The notes under the pieces: generated by a model | Databases searched by the model: none | What the model saw: only the letters and a program-made list of their open reading frames with translations | Told to the model about the DNA's origin: nothing | Source of the DNA: a virus | IMG/VR virus record: IMGVR_UViG_3300020048_000058 | Length of the DNA: 64,000 nt | Reading direction: 5' to 3' (one strand) | In this document: one piece after another, positions 26,334-34,022 of the stretch | Layout: each line of letters begins with the position of its first letter | How positions within the stretch are numbered: the first letter of the stretch is position 1 | Program-made: the position numbers and the translations under genes

Positions 26334-28007
26334 TCAGGCGTTTCTATCGAAATCACCTAAGCTCATTCGATTTATTATAGCATGAGTTTTGGCGGTTTCG
26401 GCAACTAAAAAATCGTGAACCCCGTTTTTAAACAAATCATCTGGAATTGTTATGGTGTCTGACTTTTTGGTTTTTTTCTTGGTTGCCTTTTTAGAAGAGC
26501 TAGGGGTTGCCGAATTTTTATTAATCAGGAATTTATACCAGAAATTATCGGACAATTCCACACCTTGATTGATTGCCATTTGAGCTAAACCTTTTAACTT
26601 AATGTTCTGTCCTGAGTTGACATCACGAGCAACGGTATAACCACAATTAGAGCATTTGTGAGTGCGTTGAGATAGCTTTTTCTTCTCTTGATGTCCACAC
26701 TTCGCACAACATAAAGTAGTTCCCCAATTATCAACCCGAATCACTAATTTTCCGTGTTCCTTTGCTTTGGTTTCTAATAAATCAATAGCTTGACCAATAG
26801 CTACGTCACTCCCTGTTCTGTTACTTCCTCGTTTGCGTTTTTGATTATTTTTATCGTAGATAACTGTACCATTTTCGGCAACCACTGGATTTCCTTCTGT
26901 GTCTAATTTTGCCTTGGCTTTAGCTTTTCGGTAGACGTTGGCGGGTTTGTAATCCTCAACAAAAATCACGTCAAACCAATTGATTAAATTGGTAGAATGC
27001 CAGTGATTGAATGATCGGCGGTGACGGGCGATTTTCTCATGAAGTTTAGCAATTTTATTATTGAGTTTCTCCCAATTCTTAGTTTTCCCCTCGTTCATTC
27101 GATACTTGCGAGATAATTGTTGCTGCATTTTCCTTAGACGTTTTAGCGATCGCTTTAAAGGTTGTGCAGCCTCAATAGTATGACCATTATCCAATGCCAT
27201 AACAAACTGATGTCCGGGGTCAATTCCACAACATAACCCTGTCTTCTTGGCTTGCTTGACAGGGACGGACGCAGTTAATTGTACATACCACCCCGACGCT
27301 TTTTTGCAAATTTTCATCGGGTTAAAATCGCAACCATACCACCGTTTATCAAATCCAATTACCTCGATATAACCCAATTTTGGAATATTGATCTTACTGT
27401 CCTTAACACCTAGATCCTTAGCGTTGTAATGGATTAAAGTCATTACCTTATCTTTAGCTGTTTTGAAACGTGGACGGCTGTGGCGACCCGCTAGAAATCC
27501 CTCCCAAGCCTTTGATAGTTCATGCGCTACACCTTGAATGAATTTTGCCGGGCAATCGGTGAAATTAACTTTTCGCTCCTCACCTCTAACTAAATAAGTC
27601 ACAATCCGATCCTTGTGGTGCTGATGTCCAAATACCTTTAGGAACCCGTATAGTACCGACTTTTTAGAATCCAGTGAGTCAATAATAGGGCTATTTTCAT
27701 CAATGGCGACGGGATGGATTAACCCCCTTTTCTTCTCGACTCGCTCAATCCCCATCTTCCAATCTGGGATCTCAATTCGTACCCATTGCTTGAGCTTGCG
27801 GTCGTATCGTTGCAGGGGAGTTGCAGGGACGTTAGACTTTGACAGTTTATCGTAAGGGTTCCACTCGTTAAATTCCTCTATCAGTCCTAATGAGCGATTC
27901 CAAACCCACTTACAAACTAGCATCCAATCTTCTAGGGTTCGCTCTTGTTCTGAAGATAGAATGAGTTTAAACTCCTTTGTTCGCACATTTTCGCTAAAAT
28001 TAGACAT
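26334..28007 (-). CDS. cas12: TnpB-like RuvC nuclease, candidate miniature type V CRISPR effector (Cas12f / V-U-like), 557 aa
   Basis: TnpB-type N-terminus KEFKLILSSEQERTLEDWMLVCKWVWNRSL. RuvC-I is GIDPG (D263), RuvC-II is FVEDY (E351) and RuvC-III is ARDVNSGQNI (D462). Zinc ribbon CAKC...CSNC (C434/437, C452/455). Lys-rich C-terminal tail. The stop codon lies 19 bp from the nearest CRISPR repeat. Confidence 0.85.
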   Translation of the reverse strand: MSNFSENVRTKEFKLILSSEQERTLEDWMLVCKWVWNRSLGLIEEFNEWNPYDKLSKSNVPATPLQRYDRKLKQWVRIEIPDWKMGIERVEKKRGLIHPVAIDENSPIIDSLDSKKSVLYGFLKVFGHQHHKDRIVTYLVRGEERKVNFTDCPAKFIQGVAHELSKAWEGFLAGRHSRPRFKTAKDKVMTLIHYNAKDLGVKDSKINIPKLGYIEVIGFDKRWYGCDFNPMKICKKASGWYVQLTASVPVKQAKKTGLCCGIDPGHQFVMALDNGHTIEAAQPLKRSLKRLRKMQQQLSRKYRMNEGKTKNWEKLNNKIAKLHEKIARHRRSFNHWHSTNLINWFDVIFVEDYKPANVYRKAKAKAKLDTEGNPVVAENGTVIYDKNNQKRKRGSNRTGSDVAIGQAIDLLETKAKEHGKLVIRVDNWGTTLCCAKCGHQEKKKLSQRTHKCSNCGYTVARDVNSGQNIKLKGLAQMAINQGVELSDNFWYKFLINKNSATPSSSKKATKKKTKKSDTITIPDDLFKNGVHDFLVAETAKTHAIINRMSLGDFDRNA

Positions 28008-28008
28008 A

Positions 28009-28028
28009 CCTATTTAAGAAATTGAAAC
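28009..28028 (-). promoter_or_regulatory. inverted degenerate CRISPR repeat fragment in the nuclease 5' UTR, ending 1 nt before the ATG
   Basis: The reverse strand reads GTTTCAATTTCTTAAATAGG against repeat positions 1-20 GTTTCAATCCATAAAATAGG (16/20 identical). It is oriented opposite to the array repeats, so it is complementary to a minus-strand crRNA repeat (18/20 pairs counting G-U). Confidence 0.6.
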
Positions 28029-28035
28029 GTATGTA

Positions 28036-28064
28036 TTGACATTTCCATTATATACAACTATAGT
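28036..28064 (+). promoter_or_regulatory. near-consensus sigma70-type promoter on the + strand (TTGACA-17-TATAGT)
   Basis: TTGACA at 28036-28041, a 17-nt spacer, and TATAGT at 28059-28064. It points away from the nuclease gene into the 220-bp intergenic region. Confidence 0.55.
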
Positions 28065-28070
28065 GGAATC

Positions 28071-28217
28071 ACCGACGTTTAGATCGGCAAGCCAAAAGCT
28101 GCCCTTGGAGCCGAAAGGATTAACGATTAGGCGATGAAGAGGGAATATTCTCTAGCCAGATATGGTTAGCAATTTTAAAAATAGGTAATCAACTTAAAGG
28201 GGCTCCGGCCCCTTTTT
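28071..28217 (+). ncRNA. candidate tracrRNA (about 150 nt)
   Basis: Bounded by the promoter above and a hairpin GGGGC-tccg-GCCCC plus TTTTT (28199-28217). It has no plausible ORF. An anti-repeat at 28170-28190 pairs with the minus-sense repeat. The motif CCAAAAGCTGCCCTTGG (28092-28108) resembles part of the Un1Cas12f1 tracrRNA as I recall it. Confidence 0.45.
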
Positions 28218-28229
28218 AGTAGACTCCAT

Positions 28230-28664
28230 CTATTTTTGAAACCGAAATAAAGAGTCAGCCTTGACAATCTCAATCTCAACACAAAGGGCTTTCAATCTCT
28301 CAAAAGCCACCACCGGATCGGCTTCAAAATCAACTGGACTAGATCCGGTCATCGGAGCGTCGGACACCGCCCCCAATGGCTCAAAGGCACGGGATTTGTT
28401 ATTCCAAAAAAACACTCTGTTAATATGTCGCTCTATTGCTTCCGGTGTTTCGAGAAAACAATAGATAAGTCCTGCGACAATAGCCTGCCTGACATCGGTT
28501 CTGAATCGCCTTTTATCGAGTTTAATTGTCCATAATTCAGATAGAAATTCCTCGTCGGTTTCTACATCATACCAAAGGCACTCACAGGAAAATGTATGTA
28601 GGTCGTTGTCGTGAATCTTTGGGGTAGTTTGAAAGCCTTTTTTAGCGAGTTTAGTTGTTTTCAT
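28230..28664 (-). CDS. hypothetical protein (144 aa)
   Basis: Track ORF between the C5-methyltransferase and the CRISPR-effector locus. Confidence 0.5.
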   Translation of the reverse strand: MKTTKLAKKGFQTTPKIHDNDLHTFSCECLWYDVETDEEFLSELWTIKLDKRRFRTDVRQAIVAGLIYCFLETPEAIERHINRVFFWNNKSRAFEPLGAVSDAPMTGSSPVDFEADPVVAFERLKALCVEIEIVKADSLFRFQK

Positions 28665-29694
28665 GGTTAATTGATTTTAAGATTGCCAGACCTAATTCTT
28701 TAGCCAACAACGGGGGGACGGCATTCCCGATGATTTGCTGAGTCAGGGTTTTTGATTCTGAGAATTTGTAATCATCGGGAAAAGTTTGCAGCCGTGCCGT
28801 CGCCCGTTGGTTGATTCGTTTAATTTGACTTCCCTGTACGATGTCCGCCCAATGGGTAGAGACACCCGCCATAGCTCTAATTGTTGGACAAGGCTTGTTT
28901 TGTGGAGTCGGTAAAATATTCTTGATACAGGCTCCCGCACGGGGGATTAACAAAACGGGTGAATGGGAATTACAGTGACCCGATACGATAGTAAAACTTG
29001 GATCGTTTGACTCCCGAACTGTAGCCTGTCTAATGAGTTGTTTACCAATATCAATTAAGGCTTTTTCTGGCAAATAACCCAGTTCATTCAGTCGTTTAAT
29101 CTGCCAGTCTGCAAGTTCGCAGTCCTGCATTTCTGGGATTAAATCACTAATGGCTTGATACCATCCCTTTTTAGGTTTTGATTCGGGGAAATAGGGGAGG
29201 GGTTCTGAATTTTTAACTGCCCACATAATCAACCGTTTCCGATTTTGGGGAACCCCATAATCCGCCGCGTCTAAAATTAACCAATGATAGCGATATCCGT
29301 TACGGATCAATGATTGTAGGATTTTCTCAAAAGTTGGTGATTTTGAATATCCTGGGACGTTTTCAAGAATCACCCATCGAGGGGATAATATGGCAATATA
29401 ATCACAGCAATAAAGCCCCGCATCTTTATCTTTATGGTCAGGAATATCACCCCGCCGTGCGTTTGAATATTGTTGACAGGGGGGACTCATCCAAAGTAGA
29501 TCAACCCGCTCCATGAGATGAGTGCGAATTTCGCCAACACAAGAGTTGAATACTTTGGTATTGGGAAAATTTAATCGTGCTACTTCTGCAATTTTAGGAT
29601 CTCGCTCAATCCCCCAAATGGACTTAAAACCTGCGGCTTCTAACCCCTTATCTGCACCGCCTCCGCCCATGAATAATGTTGCGAATGTTGGCAT
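28651..29694 (-). CDS. dcm: DNA (cytosine-5)-methyltransferase
   Basis: Motif I FMGGGGADKG, motif IV PPCQQYS, motif VI ENVPG, motif VIII QNRKRL and motif X GNAVPP. Confidence 0.9.
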   Translation of the reverse strand: MPTFATLFMGGGGADKGLEAAGFKSIWGIERDPKIAEVARLNFPNTKVFNSCVGEIRTHLMERVDLLWMSPPCQQYSNARRGDIPDHKDKDAGLYCCDYIAILSPRWVILENVPGYSKSPTFEKILQSLIRNGYRYHWLILDAADYGVPQNRKRLIMWAVKNSEPLPYFPESKPKKGWYQAISDLIPEMQDCELADWQIKRLNELGYLPEKALIDIGKQLIRQATVRESNDPSFTIVSGHCNSHSPVLLIPRAGACIKNILPTPQNKPCPTIRAMAGVSTHWADIVQGSQIKRINQRATARLQTFPDDYKFSESKTLTQQIIGNAVPPLLAKELGLAILKSINHENN

Positions 29695-30263
29695 TAGAAA
29701 CCCTCCTCAACAATTGTTAAGCCACAGCCGGGAAGTAATAAATTAGGATCGTTTGATGAACTCAACACCACCATTCCAGAGGGTAAGCATTCTTTTACAG
29801 TGAGGATTACATTGCCAAAATTCTTGTCTGTAGTTTTGACATGATCGCCTTTCTGGAAAGCGTAATTTCCGAGGGGGATTTGTTCCCCTTTGACCATCTG
29901 AATAAATAGTTTTATCTTGTCCGAGTTAAGAGATTCAGTTCCTTTTGCCCACTGAATCTTGATTTTATTTCCCCGGCACATAATCACCCGCCCGATGTAA
30001 CGGCTATCCTTTTTTAGTTGCACAATATCAGTTTTTTTGTAGGGGGATGAATCGGAAATCTCCTCAAAGTCTAGGGTTTCTGATCTGTGCCAACTTCCGG
30101 TTTTTTCGTTAGTTACTTGACAGGTTTGTTTTAATACATTGAAACTTTCAACTCGCCATGCTGTACCTCCTATTAGATAAGATGGGCGGCGTTTATGTGG
30201 GTCAATCTCTACCCACTCACCAACTTTTAAAACTCTTTCAAATATCTTGGTTGTTGCGGTCAT
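29694..30263 (-). CDS. hypothetical protein (189 aa)
   Basis: Track ORF. Its start overlaps the dcm stop region. Confidence 0.5.
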   Translation of the reverse strand: MTATTKIFERVLKVGEWVEIDPHKRRPSYLIGGTAWRVESFNVLKQTCQVTNEKTGSWHRSETLDFEEISDSSPYKKTDIVQLKKDSRYIGRVIMCRGNKIKIQWAKGTESLNSDKIKLFIQMVKGEQIPLGNYAFQKGDHVKTTDKNFGNVILTVKECLPSGMVVLSSSNDPNLLLPGCGLTIVEEGF

Positions 30264-30283
30264 GTTATTGATTCCTTACGTTT

Positions 30284-30478
30284 TTAAAAGTTGAAAAGAT
30301 TTTTCAGCTTAACTCTTTTTTGTCTATCAAGAGGGTTTCCAGTCCGATAAACAATCTCAATAGTTGTAAATCGAAACTCACAAACTGGGCATTTTCGTCT
30401 TCGGGTTTCCCCTACTTGTCGATCCTTTCTCGTAGCTAAAACGGATGTTTTATTGTGCTTACATTTGGGGCAATCCAT
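30284..30478 (-). CDS. NrdR-like zinc-ribbon protein lacking the ATP-cone (64 aa)
   Basis: MDCPKCKHNKTSVLATRKDRQVGETRRRKCPVCEFRFTTIE parallels the NrdR N-terminus (MHCPFC..DTKVIDSR....RRRR.C..C..RFTT.E). Confidence 0.55.
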   Translation of the reverse strand: MDCPKCKHNKTSVLATRKDRQVGETRRRKCPVCEFRFTTIEIVYRTGNPLDRQKRVKLKNLFNF

Positions 30479-30481
30479 ATC

Positions 30482-31792
30482 CTAATAAGACCTCGCCATA
30501 TTCTTGAACTGAGTAAACTGGGAATCAAATAATAACTTAACCGTTCCGGTGGGGCCGTTGCGATGTTTGGTTAAAATAATTTCAGCTACCCCTGCTTCTG
30601 AACTGTTGGGATTATAGTAATCATCTCGGTAAATCATCATTATCAAATCCGCGTCCTGTTCCGTTGATCCCGATTCTCTCAAGTCGGACATCATTGGGCG
30701 TTTATTAGTACGAGATTCAACACTTCGATTTAACTGAGATAAGACAATAACAGGGACGTTTAAATCTTTTGCCATTCCCTTTAATCCCCGTGTAATTCTT
30801 GACAATTCCTGCACACGGTTATCGCTTCCCCCATCCATTAATTGCAGATAATCTATTAGGATTAAGCCTAATCCATCGTTTTCGGCTTGCAGTTTTTGAG
30901 CTTTTTTCTTAATTTCATTGACCGTAGGGTTCGATGTGTCATCAATATAAATCGGCAATTCTGCTAACTTGCTAATCGCCTCTGTTAACGGCTCCCATTC
31001 TTCCTGTTGGATATTTCCCGACCGCAGCCGAGTCGATTCGATTTTTGCTTCACCCGCTAACAACCTTTGGACTAACTGACCTTTGGACATTTCTAAACTG
31101 AACACCGCAACGGGTAGCCCTTTTTTAGCGATCTTAAAACCGAACTGGACTGCTAAGGCTGTTTTGCCCATTGACGGTCTACCAGCCACAATAATTAAGT
31201 CCGACCGTTGAAAACCCCCAGTCATTGCATCCAAATCATAAAATCCAGAGGGAACACCGGGCGGGATTTTACTTTCACTCCGATCTTCTATTTCTTGAAA
31301 GGCATCGATCAGGGTTTCACCAATCGAAACTAAATCCTCTGAGGATTTGCCCTGGGAAATATTGGCAATTTGTTCTTCTGATTTTTGAATTACAGTTTCT
31401 AAAGGTTGACTGGTATCTTCTGCTAGTTTGATAATTTCGTAAGCAGATTCAATCAGGTTTCTTCGGGTTTGTTTATCCGAGATTAATAGACCGTATTGAT
31501 CAATATTAACCGCCGAAACGGTAGACTCGACAAGTTGGGTTAATCCTAATTGTCCTCCGACTTTGTCAAGTAATTTATGATCGGATAACCAAGTTGTGAC
31601 GGTCATCAAATCCGTGGGTTTTCCCTCAGAATGCAGGGTTAATACTGCCTTGTAAATCGTTTGATGCGATCGCAGGGAGAATGATTCAGGTTGCAACATT
31701 TCTGCAACTCGACCAATGGCTTCTGGGTCTAATAGAATCCCCCCTAAAACGGCTTGTTCTGCCTCGACATTTTCCATGATTACTGTTTCCAT
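30482..31792 (-). CDS. dnaB: replicative DNA helicase DnaB
   Basis: Motifs AEQAVLGGILLDPEAI, Walker A GRPSMGKTA, LILIDYLQLM and LSQLNRSVE. Confidence 0.92.
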   Translation of the reverse strand: METVIMENVEAEQAVLGGILLDPEAIGRVAEMLQPESFSLRSHQTIYKAVLTLHSEGKPTDLMTVTTWLSDHKLLDKVGGQLGLTQLVESTVSAVNIDQYGLLISDKQTRRNLIESAYEIIKLAEDTSQPLETVIQKSEEQIANISQGKSSEDLVSIGETLIDAFQEIEDRSESKIPPGVPSGFYDLDAMTGGFQRSDLIIVAGRPSMGKTALAVQFGFKIAKKGLPVAVFSLEMSKGQLVQRLLAGEAKIESTRLRSGNIQQEEWEPLTEAISKLAELPIYIDDTSNPTVNEIKKKAQKLQAENDGLGLILIDYLQLMDGGSDNRVQELSRITRGLKGMAKDLNVPVIVLSQLNRSVESRTNKRPMMSDLRESGSTEQDADLIMMIYRDDYYNPNSSEAGVAEIILTKHRNGPTGTVKLLFDSQFTQFKNMARSY

Positions 31793-32373
31793 TATTTCGC
31801 TCCGTTTAAGTTTTTACTCATTTTTGTGGCGATCAAATCATTCAGAAGTTGTTGATTTTTTAATTTTTGTTCCTCTGAAAGCTGCGGCTTGAGTCCATCG
31901 GGTTTGAACTCGATTTGTTCAGGGGGAATCACCATGACAGGGCGGTTAAATTCCTTGGGCGCTTTTCGGTACGCTTGCCAGTGGGTCTTAAAATCGAAGT
32001 TCAAACCTTGCAGCGTGGCGGTTGGGAGTGATCCGAGATGACTCACACCCCCAAGTTGAACAATTGCGTACTGGGTAGCATCATCCAAATTATTTAACGG
32101 GAGGCGGTTAGCGAGCGATTCTAGGCATCTTGACCAACAATTAGATACCAATTCACGGTCGGACTCTTTAACGAGTGCTAAAAGGTCTTCTCCCGTGGGG
32201 CAAGCTCGAAATTTAAAAATCGCTTTTCGGATTGCTGTTTCAAATTCGTCTGAGGAAAGTTGGCTAGAAAGTTCCTCAAACCAGACTTCGTACTTCAATT
32301 CGGTAAAAATCGCGTCTGGGAAGTTCGCTTCTAGGTTGGACACTCCGATCATGAAAGTCTGCATATCAAGCAT
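31792..32373 (-). CDS. putative helicase loader (G39P-like)
   Basis: Immediately upstream of dnaB with a stop/start overlap. The N-terminal pattern NLEANFPDAIFTELKYEVWFEEL...AIRKAI resembles G39P-type loaders. The call is weak. Confidence 0.4.
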   Translation of the reverse strand: MLDMQTFMIGVSNLEANFPDAIFTELKYEVWFEELSSQLSSDEFETAIRKAIFKFRACPTGEDLLALVKESDRELVSNCWSRCLESLANRLPLNNLDDATQYAIVQLGGVSHLGSLPTATLQGLNFDFKTHWQAYRKAPKEFNRPVMVIPPEQIEFKPDGLKPQLSEEQKLKNQQLLNDLIATKMSKNLNGAK

Positions 32374-32375
32374 GG

Positions 32376-33563
32376 TTAGGCTCCTTTGGCTTGTGAGTTT
32401 TTGCGATCCTGAACCCGTTGGAGAACCGCTATTTTTTCTTCTAGGGATAAGTCTTTAGTGCTTCTGACTTGTGTTGAGGCTGTGGTTTTAGCTTTTGCTT
32501 TGAGCCAACTTTCGGCATCGGCCAGAATTTTTAGCGGTTCGGATTTCCACTTCTGAGCTAGGGAAGATTTGGCGTGGTTAGAGTTGCAATCCTTCCCTCT
32601 GTAATGAGTGCATTTGCTTAACAGCACCCGGTAATATTCCAAAAATTCAGGGTCGGGGGAACGTTCACCTCTCATGGCTCCGGTTTTGATAATTGCGTTC
32701 CAGGTGTTCATGTTGTCTGCGGTTGTGTCTGTTGGCAAAAAACGAGAATCGAACTCGACCGCCGGGGGATGTTTGATCTCAGGAGTAGGAAGATGGTTTT
32801 TAACAGGTGGGTCTTGTTCTGGGCTTTGGTGAGGAGTCAAGTCCTCTGTACCCTCTTGTCCGGGGTCTTCGTTTGAAACTAAAACGGCTTCGTTTGGAAT
32901 CCCCCCCCACTCCGATTCCCCTTGGGGGGTAGGGGGGATCTTTTCTGTTGTCTTTTCTGTAGTCTTTTCTGAAATATCTATATAAGGATCGGTAAATTGG
33001 GATTCCCCACTCTGGTAAATTGGGATTCCCGATTTACTGACCTCGGAAAAAACAACATCTGGTAAATTGGGATTCCCGATTTCCCGTAAATCGGGATCTA
33101 CTATTTGGGGTCTAGTTTTCCGCCCTCGGAAACCCATTGATTTTTGTCTGGGTTCGATGTCTGAAATTAACTCGTCTACCTTGCTATGATTGCGAAAGTA
33201 GAAAGTTAGTCCCGATCTCCGGTCAACGTAGGAACAGTAATAGCTACTCCCGAATTCAGACCCGCTAGATTTTGCTTCGTCATACTGAGTTTTGGAGTTG
33301 TAACGGACTCCAATCTTGTCAAACCCAGTCCTGAATTCCTCTTTGCTAAAAGCCAATTCCTCAACCCAACTATCCCCAATCTTGTAGTCCTGATGCCCGT
33401 TTTGAGGCGGTTCCAAAAACTTGTAAAAACCCTCTGGATACTTAGCAAAACGGTACTCAAGTTGCATCATGAGAATCGTAGCTACTACGCTCCCCGTTTG
33501 CTGTCTAAGTCCTGGGATATAGGGGATAGCTTCTGCAAAAGCGGCTAGAATAGAGGGTTTCAT
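32376..33563 (-). CDS. putative replication initiator (395 aa) with internal iterons
   Basis: First large gene of the replication operon, upstream of the loader and DnaB. It carries three 17-bp iterons plus an AT-rich stretch inside its coding sequence, an arrangement like the lambda O gene. Confidence 0.45.
   Translation of the reverse strand: MKPSILAAFAEAIPYIPGLRQQTGSVVATILMMQLEYRFAKYPEGFYKFLEPPQNGHQDYKIGDSWVEELAFSKEEFRTGFDKIGVRYNSKTQYDEAKSSGSEFGSSYYCSYVDRRSGLTFYFRNHSKVDELISDIEPRQKSMGFRGRKTRPQIVDPDLREIGNPNLPDVVFSEVSKSGIPIYQSGESQFTDPYIDISEKTTEKTTEKIPPTPQGESEWGGIPNEAVLVSNEDPGQEGTEDLTPHQSPEQDPPVKNHLPTPEIKHPPAVEFDSRFLPTDTTADNMNTWNAIIKTGAMRGERSPDPEFLEYYRVLLSKCTHYRGKDCNSNHAKSSLAQKWKSEPLKILADAESWLKAKAKTTASTQVRSTKDLSLEEKIAVLQRVQDRKNSQAKGA
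32991..33077. repeat. three 17-bp direct repeats GGTAAATTGGGATTCCC (iterons)
   Basis: Copies at 32991, 33014 and 33061. Flanked by 3 x TCTTTTCTG (32940-32970), an AT-rich patch and the inverted repeat CCCGATTT-cccgt-AAATCGGG (33075-33095). Confidence 0.85.
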
Positions 33564-33757
33564 TCGCGTCTCCCGTCCCCACGTTCTGGGGATTCATCTG
33601 TTGGTGTTGTCGCTGCAAATTTTCCATACTCAAGGGTTTGAGTTTTTGGCGGTGGGGTCTTGTTTTCTCCCCTTCCTCTGTTGACTGATTCCAACAGAAG
33701 TAATGGCAGCATCATTAAAGCCATTACTGCGACCGTTGTTATTGAGATTTGAAACAT
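33560..33757 (-). CDS. small membrane protein (65 aa)
   Basis: Hydrophobic N-terminus ISITTVAVMALMMLPLLLL. Confidence 0.4.
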   Translation of the reverse strand: MFQISITTVAVMALMMLPLLLLESVNRGRGENKTPPPKTQTLEYGKFAATTPTDESPERGDGRRE

Positions 33758-33771
33758 AATTGGGTTAATTG

Positions 33772-33963
33772 TTAAAAACTATCGGCTAAATCTAAACCAC
33801 CGCTTCTTATAGCTCGCTCCAGTACCTCTGATCTTGTGATCCCAAGGTCTAGGGCTTTTTGCCCTAACAGCCTTGCTGCGGAGTCAGTGAGCATCACTGA
33901 CCGGGGGATCTTCTTTTCCCCATGTACCCATTCGTCAGGTCGTTCTCGCTTCTTAGTCATCAT
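33772..33963 (-). CDS. ribbon-helix-helix regulator (63 aa)
   Basis: RSVMLTDSAARLLGQKALDLGITRSEVLERAIR fits the RHH pattern. It is the first gene of the leftward operon, next to the divergent promoter region. Confidence 0.5.
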   Translation of the reverse strand: MMTKKRERPDEWVHGEKKIPRSVMLTDSAARLLGQKALDLGITRSEVLERAIRSGGLDLADSF

Positions 33964-34022
33964 CCCTTTCCTCAGTTGACAATATTTTGACTATATCACA
34001 TAAAAAAATATTTATCAACCCC

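Noticed and set aside
26334-28007. Reading the TnpB-like gene as an ordinary IS200/IS605 insertion that happens to sit beside an array.
   Set aside because: There is no Y1 TnpA in the window and I saw no transposon-end hairpins. The stop codon is 19 bp from the array. Degenerate repeat copies flank the gene on the other side, in an arrangement suited to guide-RNA pairing. A phylogenetic test is still needed.
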